NCBI GenBank assembly: GCA_030704615.1
Contig: CM060733.1
Location: forward strand, 7,750,001-7,814,000
DNA: 64,000 nucleotides
Origin: Takakia lepidozioides
Taxonomy: Eukaryota; Plantae; Bryophyta
Direction of reading: 5' to 3'
Below are positions 19,497 to 31,365 of the stretch, in pieces (the first letter of the stretch is position 1; every line of letters starts with the position of its first letter). The translations under genes were made by a program, and so were the position numbers. The notes below the pieces were generated by a model. That model made no database searches and was not told where the DNA came from. It saw only the letters and a program-made list of their open reading frames with translations.

Positions 19497-20717
19497 ATGG
19501 ACGCCTCTGTGTGGGGAAGATTGTCGGGAGACCTGGTGGATGCTGTTATTACTTTCTTGCCAGTTTTCAGTTTACTTCGATTTCGCGTTGTTTGCAAATA
19601 CTGGTGTTCTTTGATCGATTCTCCTTCACTCCGCAAGACCTCTGCAGCGATCGAAGGAGCATCTCCTCTTATGCAATCATCTGTAGGTTTTCTTGTGCAT
19701 CATTCATATAATGACGGACGAGTTAATGTACAATTTTGCACGTACGATCTTGTTGTGGACCAGTGGCAGGCAAGTAGGAGCCACCTCAGGAGTTTAAACA
19801 CAAACGACGCAGAGTGCTGGAAAGTGGAGTTTGGAGCAGGAGGCCTTATATGTTGGGTGACTCACCCTTTTCGTAAGGATGGGATGGAAATTGAGGTATT
19901 GAACCCACTGACCGGTGGCTCCAGAATTTTGCCTCCTACGCTCAATCGTGGGTGGATCCCAGCGATAGTGAAGGTGTTCATGGATGAGAGAACAAAGACG
20001 TACAAGATTATTCTTGTAGGAAATTGTGCGCATAGGGATGAAGACGAGAGATACCAGATCACAGAGATCTACGATGGAGCGTTGGGTTCGTGGAAACACG
20101 GTGGACGCTTCCTGCCTTACAGACCATGTGATCACTATCACCGGTACTCTGGACGGGATACAATTAGTGTTGAGCACAAAGGGGTTTTGTACTTTGTACT
20201 TCGTATGAGGTGTAGAACTAGGGGAGTACTATTATATCTGATGCTTGCGTACAACATTGAACGAGATTTATGGAGTGAGACGCCACACATCCTTCCCAAA
20301 GTAGTCCACGAACGTGAGGAGTTTGCTCTTGTGAAGTGTGAGGGACGCTTATTACTCGCACGAATAGTTTCTCGGGATCAGTCCAACAACATCTCACATT
20401 TCAACATCTTCGAATTGAATATTTCAAGCAAAGAGTGGGTCCCTCTATTCAAAGTTCCAGTTCCAATCGATTGTTATCCGCGGGATCGAAATCTAAGATA
20501 CAGAGTGATAAGCTTACCAGGTAACCAACTGGCTATAACAAAATCCATGCCACAATGGCGTGCTGAAGGCGTATTGCACGTATGGTTGTATGACATGGTT
20601 CGTAAATCAACGCGGTTGTTGGCCTCTTGTCCCCTTTATGAGTCACTTGCAAATTCTTTTCATCCAGGTACAGACTTTTCATTTCGACCGGCTTTGTTGC
20701 GGACACTGGAGGTGTAG
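19497..20717 (+). CDS. F-box protein with Kelch-like/FBA C-terminal domain
   Basis: F-box VWGRLSGDLVDAVITFLPVFSLLRFRVVCKYW, then GAGGLICW, VLNPLTG..LPP, TEIYD..W, LAYNIE..W, LVKCEGRL; single exon with ATG in a gccgccATGg context. Confidence 0.9.
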   Translation: MDASVWGRLSGDLVDAVITFLPVFSLLRFRVVCKYWCSLIDSPSLRKTSAAIEGASPLMQSSVGFLVHHSYNDGRVNVQFCTYDLVVDQWQASRSHLRSLNTNDAECWKVEFGAGGLICWVTHPFRKDGMEIEVLNPLTGGSRILPPTLNRGWIPAIVKVFMDERTKTYKIILVGNCAHRDEDERYQITEIYDGALGSWKHGGRFLPYRPCDHYHRYSGRDTISVEHKGVLYFVLRMRCRTRGVLLYLMLAYNIERDLWSETPHILPKVVHEREEFALVKCEGRLLLARIVSRDQSNNISHFNIFELNISSKEWVPLFKVPVPIDCYPRDRNLRYRVISLPGNQLAITKSMPQWRAEGVLHVWLYDMVRKSTRLLASCPLYESLANSFHPGTDFSFRPALLRTLEV

Positions 20718-21155
20718 AAATTTTGCAAAGCATGGTGTATAGCTGCACCGTTTTGCATTCACTCTTTTAGTTTGGACAAATTGGTTCCTCAGTTATGGTT
20801 GCAGCTTTCGTAGATTTTGTTGGTTTGAATGAGTCACTTTTGTTGCTGCAATCTTAACTGAACGCCCAGGATGCAGCCAACACCTAGGGTTACCCTGTAT
20901 GGCTCATAAAGCCAACACCTGTATATAACGGTATGGAGCCGTCAAAATACTAGTGATGAAGTCCTCCTGTCAGGAGGAGGATGCATAAAGGCATAATGAG
21001 ACAAGGAGATCCACAACAGCGGTGTGTGTTGGTCTAGAGAGCTGCTTACATTTTGTTTTGCACATCCGTGATCACTACTGTGCACAATCTCAATCTCCAC
21101 TGCTTTCCCTACGCTGCCATTCTGGACCTCACTCGATCTTGTTGTAGTATGTCAA

Positions 21156-24100
21156 TCAATTACTCCACACACAGCATTCCGCGAATGGTCCTGGAGTTCC
21201 AGTCCACCCTTCAACGCATTGGAGCAATGGTGTCGCAAGCTTCCCCTCAGAGATGGCAATATACACTTTCTCGATTTCCTGTCCAGGAGACACGGTCCTC
21301 AGGCCTGACAGCATCTGGGTGCCCAACTCAGAACGAACGAACTTGTACAGAGGGTATGTCCTGCAGTCGTGAATACGGTTGGGCACTGGAGAATAACCCT
21401 CGGAATCGTAGGCATCGCGTACCAGAGAGACCGTGGCATTCAGGCGCGCTTTCAATTCCTCCTCAAAGATTGAAATCCTGCTGAAAACAAAGGTAGATTC
21501 CGACTTGTCGTTCTTGGGGTTTGGAAGTGAGTGGTCCACCAACACTTCCCTCAACTTTTGCATGAGAGGGTAGGTTGCACTCGTAACATCATCGATGTAG
21601 CTGAAAACAGGCTGGCAATCCACCACACTCAGCAGGTCCTTCTCGCATAAATGCGATGGCAATAGTGCGCCATTGTCGTCTGTAAAAATTGTGTTCTTGG
21701 CAACCTGCGTAACAACTTGCTTGACTGTAGACTGCATTGTCTCCTCAATGTGGCGGAGGTCAATCGCCTGGCAGAGGCCAACCAAGAAAGTGGAGCTCAT
21801 AAGCTTCAAAATCTCAATGGATTCCTCAGTTTTTCTAGCTGACACTAATGCCAGTGAGTTCACATCCTGGTTGTGCTGCTCAGCACTCTGTACATGGGTG
21901 GTTACCGGGTTGGCCAGGTAGTTGAGCTCTGAGAGGTATGATGCCATTGCTATCTCCCCTCCCTTCATGCCGTAGTCCAGACTAGGGTTAGGACCTCCAC
22001 TCAAATTCGATGGCAGTCCATTGTTGTAGTAGTCATTGACAAGCTCGGAGAATTGTGCAAACATCAGCTTCCCAATTGCTGCTATAGCCAAGCGCATGTT
22101 ATCCATAGACGCCCCAATGCTGATTCCTTGGAAGTTGCCACCATGGAGGGCCCTGTCCCCAGCAGCATCCATAATTGGGTTGTCACTCACAGAGTTGATT
22201 TCCCTCTCAATAGCATGAGTGGCATTGCGAATGGCCTCCACCTGGATGCAATATCCAACCTGTTAGTTGTACATCCAGCACAGCAAAATCCAAACCCGCG
22301 GAATGCATCAATATGTGAACTGCACAGCTGGAATTGTAACGAGGATAATCTACTGATCGTCCCTGGCGTTTCTTTTGAACCAAATCTGTTGGTGAAGCAT
22401 GGAGGAGGTGTACCTGCGGACCCAGCCATTGTGGGGAAGTACGTAGTGCGTAACGATCCTGTTTGGGTTTCTTCAATGGGTCAGTCCTGTGCAATGCAGC
22501 AGCTGCCTTCATGTAAGAGCTTCCATCAAGAATCCACTCCATGATAGCTGCTGCCTCCATTTGGCCTGGGTGATGCTTCAGTTTGTGTGTTAACGGATCA
22601 GCAAACTCTGGCTTTCCTTGCATCACCTCACAGAAGAGGGCTGAGAGAACCTCAGCAAGTAGGGCTAACACATTTCCATCATAACAGACCGTTGATGCCA
22701 AGCCTGACCCTACTGCTGTGCCATTAACGAGGGCGACTCCTTCTTTTGGCTGCAGCTCAAAGGGCTTCTCCACTCCAGCGATCTTGAGAGCTTCTACAGC
22801 TGAAATCTCCTCTCCGTCCTCTGTGACAGCTCTGGAGTTGGGCCTGGCAGTTAGGAGCCCTACATTTGACACAAATGGGTTGCAAAAGCTCTCAGTGCAC
22901 CATTATCACATCAGTCACAAGATTTGCGTTGTAAGCTTTACTCACCTATCTGAAAATTGTGGGCTTGCTGTCAATTGAGAATCTTGCTCATCACTCAATA
23001 CACAGTGATTCTAAGCACAACAATCACAGGAAGCACACAAAAAAATCAGTGCATAAGACAGCTGAAGACTAGCGTCTCACATACCAGCAATATAAGACAT
23101 AGCAACAAGGTCTCCCACAGTTCCTCGGAGCGGTAATTTTGGTGTGACATGAGAGTTTAGAAGCTTTTGCATGGCCTCGAGAATTTCCCAACGAATGGCT
23201 GAGTACCCTTGCATCAATGTGTTGATGTGCACCAGCATGGCCGCCCGCGTGGTGCATGCTGGCATGGTGTTACCATCGCCCTTGGCACCAATGACTCCGG
23301 CATTGAGAAACCTGAACTCATAAGTTGTCATGCGATGTACATAACATCAGCAGCTGAATACATTGGCATTCACTTAGGACCATTAGCAGCTTGTAAAGCA
23401 CAAATTGCTGTTTCTCCCTTACATGGTCTAACCTAAGAACAATGTGTAAGAAGGTGGCCGCGTCTCATTGTCACACTCAACCTCAAATTCTTTGTCCACC
23501 CAAAGGGCTAGTGGCAAGGGCCCTCACAACATCTATGAGGCTCAACGCTGCAGGTTTCAGGAACTCCTGGTATGCTCGAGTGGACAGTTTATTTCAACGT
23601 AACGGACTTTCTACTGCTTTCCTATTACCAATGAATCCAGATTGAGGTGGACATCACATCCAGACATGACCGCAACAGACTCATTAGGAGAGAGCTTATG
23701 GAATTACATGTCAAGAGAACTTGGAAGCTACCCAATCTCACGACAAAGCTCCACTTCTATCGAGAGACATTCTTGGTGCTCCGCGATGATAGAATCTTGA
23801 GACCAAATTACCTTTCAGCACCCTTATCTCCTTCCCTCCTGAGGGCATTGGGGCAGTTCAGGTGGGTTCCCACAACCTCCGGATAGAGACTGGCAGATGG
23901 GAAAACCTGCAACGGGAGGACCGCCTATGTCCAGCTTGCATAGGGCGCAGCAAGGAAATTGAAACTGAAGAACACTTCTTCTTCTACTGCCCTCTATACT
24001 ACGAGATCCGTGGGAGATTCCACTGTTTATTCAGTGGAACCCAAACTCTCACTGATGTCTTCCACTATGAGGATCAAAAATGTACCTGCACGAGGCCTTC

Positions 24101-24702
24101 ACCCTTAGACAATCGCTAGAACATTAATTGTGGTCTCTGGATTTGTTCCTCTCTCATGTTTTCTTCCATTTTGTCCCATAAGCTCTATGAGCTTTCCGCG
24201 GACGTTATAAAGCACCATTTCATTTCATTTGTTCATAGAACTGTTTGGCGCTAAGTAGTGTCCTTGAATTTGTTTCTGTGAGGACAAACTAAATTTGGTA
24301 GCAGAGAGTCTGTGCACAGCACCTGATTAGCTCTTTCTGGAGCTCCTTTGCCTGCTGGGTCCGGCGGTGAGATGTCGCTCCAAAACCTGTCGTGACCCCA
24401 TTGATATCTCCACCATTCATGATCTTCTGAAGGACCCAATTGGAGCTTTCATCTACTCGGTTCTTGGCTCTGGCAGCATCCAGCTCTACTCTCACTTCAG
24501 GTCGGCGGGCTATGGCTGCCACTTGAGCTATTGTCAAATTCACACCCTTGATGGTTACTTCCTTTGACGCATAGAAAGTAGTGACCATCTGCTTCACCTC
24601 CTCGAGGTGGCTACATTGCAGAGCTGTTGCGGCCTTTGCCCACTTTAGGGGGTCCGAGAGCTTGGTCCTGCATCCATTGGCCCCCTCTCCCATGGACTCC
24701 AT
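21156..24702 (-). CDS. PAL: Phenylalanine ammonia-lyase homolog, 712 aa, with catalytic motifs altered; exons 24702-24323, 23311-23085, 22859-22414, 22241-21156
   Basis: [65 protein letters not shown]. Exon lengths 380+227+446+1086=2139 nt give an uninterrupted frame. Confidence 0.95.
23437..24230 (+). mobile_element. 5'-truncated LINE (RTE-X/Crack/L2-like 3' end) in PAL intron 1, antisense to PAL
   Basis: [31 protein letters not shown]-terminal zinc finger; ends in ATAAA plus a (CATTT)3 tail. Confidence 0.8.
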
Positions 24703-25634
24703 GTTGCTGGATGCGAGTAAGAGAGAAAGACAACTTTGAAAGGAGGAAGAGAGGGAGAGCTCACGTGTACTTGCTGCTTCCCACAAAACAGAGGAAATTT
24801 TTGGAACCTCTCTGGATCATCCACTGCTTTCAGCAACTGCACAAGATAATTTCACGAGGGAGGCTGGACTTGATTGTGTGCAAAGTTGTTTCAAGTTTTC
24901 CTGGGTGTATGCTTCAGAGGATGGGGTACTAAGAAGAATGTTAACACACGTTTTTTTAAGTGTTGTAGCTATAAGGGGGGTCCCACTCAGCAACGAGGAA
25001 GGGGCACACAGAACGCATAGAGAGGACTGTTTGGTCAGAGGCTGCACACTTCACAGTCAAGCTTGGCGGTCTGTTCTATCAGTGCATATAGTACAACACT
25101 TTTTGTCAAAATGGTATGCGGGCCCTGCATGGTGATGTGATCGTCTTACCACTTCAATGTGTTGACTTTCGAAAGTCGTTGCACTTACGCTCTATCTTCG
25201 CTAGAAAAGCATGTTTTTCTTCATCGACTGATGAAAACACTGTCACTGTAGCTTGGTTCATGCGACATAAAATTCACCGAGTATATTTGATGCAGTACAC
25301 TGCTCATCGCTGAGACGTGGATAAAATATGCCAGTGAACCTTTCCCATTGTCCGTAGTTTTAATGTGTACACTTGCGGTTCCAAATAAGCGATTTGCGCA
25401 AAAGCCACTCGCAGAAACTACTTATCTCCTCCGAACTACTTTCTCGCTCCGCGTGCTGACCTGTTCGCATGCGAGAGCCTGGGATGCATCTGTACCACCC
25501 ACACTCAGGTTCTCTAATCCAGTGCTGAATGGAATGATATGCAGTCTGCGGGAGTGAACTGACACATGAATTACGCTTGCTTCGGCAGCAGGCACTCTTT
25601 TAATGAAGAATTCCTCTCTTTCTTTCTATACCTC

Positions 25635-25866
25635 TCTCAAAGTCTTGAAGTCTACTGCATTGATACACTCACAATCTTGAAGTACCTTACCACCTAGTAT
25701 CATTGATTCTCTCAATGTCTTGAAGCCTACTGCCTAGTATCGTTGATTCTCTCACTCATGCTTGAAGGTATTAGTATCATTGATTCTCAGAATGTCTTGA
25801 AGTGATCTATTGCCTAGTATCATTGATTCTCTCAATGTCTTGAAGTCTACTGCCTAGTATCATTGC
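25635..25866. repeat. 40-bp minisatellite, about 5-6 degenerate copies
   Basis: Unit CCTAGTATCATTGATTCTCTCAATGTCTTGAAGTCTACTG at 25693, 25733, ~25772, 25813 and 25853 (partial). Confidence 0.9.
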
Positions 25867-26829
25867 TTCTGGCAAAAAGCACGACTATTCAGGCTTAGTA
25901 TTTTTGATGGAATCTGGTGAAAGCACTAACTTAACTCTCCTCACACCTGGTGTCGTTCTGTCTCACACACAGGGCACACACAGTACAAGGTACACCCTTC
26001 GTGGGTGAAAAAATGAGACAAAAGCCGAGCTTGTCTTCAAGCTCAAGCGTGTATGCAAGTCGCAATCTTCAGATGAATTCAGATCATTGATAAGTACTCC
26101 TGTCCTCACACAGAAACCTCTCAACGGATTTTAGATCGTGGAGTTTAAAGTTTTGGGGATAAATCGGCCTGAGTTCGCTGGTATTGCCCCGGTATTGCTA
26201 TTCATCATGTTCTGGATACTCATATAAGCTGTGAGCTCGTCGCCCGAGCCACCATAGATGGGTGAATCTCAGAAAAATTTCCATGAAATTGGCCAAGCCT
26301 TGCCGTTCACAGTGCTTCAGATGGCATCAACTGCAGGGAGCCAGGATGAGCTGGTCCTGTGACATGTAGAAAATCACTTTTGTGCAGCGATTAGTCCAGG
26401 AATCTTGAGACTGGATTATGACTTTGTCGAGTCCACGTAACTTATTGCGATTGAAAATTTCGTCTTAGCATGTGTGCCTGCGTAGGGTCCCACGAGGCCG
26501 GGTCCAGCTGAAATGCAAGTGCCTGTGCAAAAGTGGGTGATCCTGGGGTCAATACTCAATACTGCGATCTGTGGACGGCTTGTTTCTTGAACTTACCGTA
26601 CGTTAACTTTTTGGCCCAATCTACAATGTGTTTTTTTTTTAAAACCCAATCCAAGTAAACTTAACGTGTAAATTGAAGGCACTTGGGGAAATGTTTTGGG
26701 CAAAAACACAACTACCCAGAAATACCAATGTGGCCTCTGTCGGTGAGCACATATTCTAGACATTATGAAATGCACCCCTGCTCGTTCAGGGCTTTCCAGC
26801 GAGATTAACCCCTAAGCGCGGGGAGCCAA

Positions 26830-29501
26830 ATTGGAAAACACACCCAAAATGGGAAGAATAACCCCCTATCTGCGAGCATGAGTTCATCCAAGGAATTGAA
26901 TCATACTCACTGGTTCTTACCTACTACACGCAGGTACTGACCAAATTTCAGAAGAAATGACCGTTAATGTAGGGAGATCACACAATCTTGCCCTACTCAC
27001 TACCTTCCATAAACAAACCAACACCAACCATCTAACACACATGCACCAACAAACACACCACTCCCGCCCACCTACAGATAACAGATATTACACCAGCCAC
27101 TCTATGCCCCCAACATGCACATTTGCATAACTGAATGTAATCCTAACAAAGATGTCAAGCATGATCAACCTCTAATCCACATGGGCCCCCGTCTTTCCAA
27201 CATTTACGCTCAACATGGCCGTTTCATGGCTCATCCCCAATACAAGACTAACGTGGCTCTGGGAGAAATACTCTACTACTAACTCATTCCCACAGTCGCT
27301 ACAACCCCGAAACAAGACTGTGCTATCGAATTATATTGGCTGGTTGATCGCTACCTAAAAGACACTCCCCCCAAGAAACCACGGTCCCTCACTAAATTGG
27401 AAACAGCATATGCACACCATACTATACCCAAGATATTCTCTCCTTACTTATCAAACACATTCAGCTTATTCACTCATATTACTCCAACCCATGAACATAC
27501 CTTATGGTATTGCCACATTTGCTAGCCCCGCACCACAGAGACGTATCTTTGGAGCCACTGGTACTGCCACCTAGCACACCTGGGAAGGCGGGGGCATCTC
27601 AAACGGAAGGAACCCACCCTAACCCTGATTCTACACATCCAAAACCCCCGGCATACAGCCATACCGCCATCTTTCTTTTCTCAGCTCGAACTATTGTTCA
27701 CCATCACTCATAAAATAAAGGCCACCATCCATTATCCAACCATCCTCTCCCACACCCATACACCCACCACATTGTCCCGGATCAAAATTAACAAAGCTTG
27801 GAACATTGCGACACCGCGCCCTTCCAGGTCACGCCAACAACAACCTCTACCCCCAATCCCTACAATATATCAACCAAAACACTGTCCTCAATACCCACTG
27901 GTCAATTCACACTACACTGACGGATCCCTCACCAAACCTAACGCAGGGTATGGAATCTATCACGCCGGCACCAGTAAAGGCGTTGCCCTCACGCTCCCTG
28001 GCCCTGCCACCATCCTCCGGGCTGAACTCATGGCCATTTATGACGCCCTCTCTTACTGGACACCTTCCCCTCCCACACCCACACATTCTCAACGACAGCC
28101 TTACCTCACTATTCCTCATTCGTAACCACATCTACCAACCCTATGCCCATTATCAGCACCCCGACCGCAACCTCATTGCCGCTATTGTCCAGAGGGCCAT
28201 CTCCATAGGCCACCCAGTCCATATACTCAAAGTCCGTTCGCATTAGGCATCCTTGGTGATGAAGAAAACAGACCTACTCGCCCAACTCGACGCCTCCCAA
28301 CCCATAGTTGAACCCTCGAACGACCCTATTCACATTGCCCACACCAATCCTTTCTGATTCATACACCCCGTTCCAGACCCACCTGCACCCAGACCAGTCC
28401 GAAACCTCCTAACCACTCTGACCAGATAAGCAAATAAACAAGCGGCAACCTCCATCAGCCATACCAAAGTACACATCCAAAATGGACTCAATCCAATGTA
28501 CTACACCATAAACTCTCTAAACATTTCTGGCTAACCAAAGCCACCACCGACGCACAGATCCGGACAAACACTCCAATTCCGATATCCCCATACATGGGCC
28601 CCAGCGCAACAAATCTTCTGGCCACATCTGTTCCCATCCCCATACTGCCATCCCATTATGTGCAACCACCCACCACAGTGTGACACTTGGCCACATCTCC
28701 TCAGCCAATGTACACAACCAGTTATACATGGCTTATATATCACGCGTCATAACCAGGCAGTATGGCACCTCCACAAGCTCTTTCTAAAACGTGATGAAAT
28801 CCGTTGGTTCTCGCTCATGAATGCAGGCCACTACCAAGGACGCCACCCGACCACACAGTACCACCGTGGCTACTACCATGCTATGTACCCAAACACCATG
28901 CTCATGCCCCGCTCGACTTGGCCCGAACATACTCCTCGTCCAAGGTCTACTATCAACACTTTAACCCCCACCTCACCATCCCCCAACTCACCATCCATTT
29001 CATTGAATTCACATTTTGCCATGATCGTTATCCAAATGATTCAATCTTAGAAAAACGGCAAAAAATGCCTTGCTTATCATGCATCCGAAGGCGCGTGGCT
29101 GGAAAACCGGCCCATTAACTGTCATCACAGCCGGCACTCGAGGTGGCATTCATAACGCCAGTATCATGGACATACACGATAACTTCCAAATTCCCATTCT
29201 TCCCATCCACAAATGTTTCAAAGAAATCCATCTCACAGCACTCCGTTCACTCACACCTATTATCACCAACAAACGCCAATTGGAATCCGGCACTTCAAAC
29301 GCAGCTTAGGTCCCCCGGGATACCCCTGGGTACCTAGGGGTACCCTCGCCCCTTCTATTCTTAGCGGTCACCTGGTCACCTGGTGTCCCCCTGGACACTT
29401 TTTGTTACAGGGCCCACCCCGAAAGAGCAGTAGCCGCAAGGCGAAGTGGCTCTTAGTTACGCCGGCCTCGGCAAGAGACTTCTCTCTCTCTCTCTCTCTC
29501 T
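26830..29501 (+). mobile_element. Decayed 5'-truncated non-LTR retrotransposon with RNase H + CCHC + restriction-like endonuclease (Dualen/RandI-like)
   Basis: RNase H (YTDGS, RAELMAI, NDSL, KVRSH-GI-GDE), zinc finger (C..CDTWPHLLSQC, RHNQAV), RLE (PNILL..IEFTFCHD..GW..VITAGTRG); many frameshifts; (TC)n tail at 29481-29501. Confidence 0.8.
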
Positions 29502-31365
29502 AGGGAGATCATAACGAATTACCATGGTGGACTTATCAAGTCCAAGCACATGTGGACAGAAAAAAACAATTGACCAGAAAAATTACCATCACAATCTTTT
29601 TTGCTCGGTCCCGGACCACCTCAGACAGATTCCTTGCTTGGCCTCTTTCTCCCGGGGTGAAGTACGTGAAAGTTGAATTTAAAAAACATGATGTGCTCCT
29701 TCCACCAAGTCTCGACACAGATGTGGGCATGCAAACTCACGCGGCCCAGCCTTCAACCTTCAGCCTTCAATCTTTCCAACCCTGTATCGCAGCTATGGTT
29801 CCTCTTACAAGAGTGTCAAGGATCGCCGGGCAGTGAGACCGCGCTTGCGGGCAGCGAGTTCGATAACATTCCCTAACTAGGGCTTATTTTAGCGATTCTG
29901 TGCGGCCGTCCTGTAGCCTGGGCTAACTAGCCACAGTTTAGCCAGCTATGGCTAGTGGTGGTTAGTTAGCCCACTTAGGGCGGCCAGGGCCCTGAAGCAC
30001 TAACCGAGGGACTAGGTAACCGCGCTAACCCGTGGCCTCGAGCCGGTTATCGGACATAGCCAGTTTTTCTAAACATCGAGAGTGACAGTCATCCATGCGC
30101 AGCCAGGTTATCAAATCTTCTGAGGTTCGCAGGTTACCGCCTGTAACCAGCGTTCAGTGAGCCAGTCATTAGTAGACACGTACTCAAGATGCTTCGAAAA
30201 ACAGGTTATGTTAGCATAACTAAGAGCCCCTTCCATGGGCCTCACAGATCCAAGGCTGATGTTGCCCAACGTATCAATGTCATGAGAGAAACGATAACAA
30301 AAGATATAGAGTATTCCCTGCTTCAGTAGTTGGAGGATAAGCAGTCGGTGTTGGTGCTGATTACGTATATGCAAAATGTATCAACTCAACAACAGACACC
30401 GCTCTCTTGTCTTGTGGGTTCTTAGACCCATGAGAAGTGCTTGTGTGATGATATTGTCTAAGACTTTGCCTGCCAGTACCACCCATTCAGAGTTCCAACT
30501 CCAATGCTAGTCTAGATAGAAACCATGATGGCTTGTCTCACAATCCAATGGTAGTCCTGATCGGCCACAACAACTACAGCAGTATAATTTCGTACTAAGT
30601 CATCCTTTCCTCCCAACTCAGAACTAAAGCAGGTTAGAGAGTGAATACTTGAGATGGTGTTTCAGATTTCGGCAAATAAATCACATGCAATTCTATATCT
30701 GCAAACAGCTTAATAGAAACGACAACAAACGCGTCAGTAGGTGTAGAAATGAAATCCACATAAGGTTAAAAAGAGAGCAGCTGCAACTTGCATTTCATCT
30801 GTCAGGGATTCATTCTGTAGAGCTTCTCAAGGCACTTTTAATGAACCGCAGATCAGCTCCTAATTCCTCATGTCCAGGTCTTTCATCTTTCCTCAAGAGA
30901 TTCTATTCTCAACTTCAAACTAGAGACAAGCAACAGCAGCTAGTCCAATTTCCTCACCTGCCTGCCAGGGTCTCTTTACACTAAAGAAATCCTGTGGTCT
31001 AATCATTTCACATCACCCCATTCTTCGCTGGCACATGCACAATCTTGAGTTAGGACACTTTTTTCCACTTTCTTGCAATCCTCATGACAACCACTTCATA
31101 TCAGTTTTGTATGTCCCAGGCATCTGCTTTGTGTCTATTCTACCCTCATACTGGTTCCATCAACTGTCCCACTGTCACTAACCCATAGCTGGGCAGTGTC
31201 AAACCAACTGTATTTCCCAGTATTTTGATTCATGGGACAGGCATATCCCACTCTCTGAGGTGGCAGCTTGCGCATTCCCCTCTCTCCGGACCGGACCATT
31301 ACTCCATTTCCCCGAGCATTGCAGCAGATTCCTCCCTCTCATTTTTAAGGCCTTCATTCCCCAAA

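Noticed and set aside
25635-25866. CRISPR-like periodic repeats
   Set aside because: Units are contiguous with no unique spacers, the context is eukaryotic and no cas genes are present.
29840-30120. GCTAAC/GTTAGC-rich short inverted motifs
   Set aside because: Probably a TE subterminal remnant, but no TIR or TSD could be defined.
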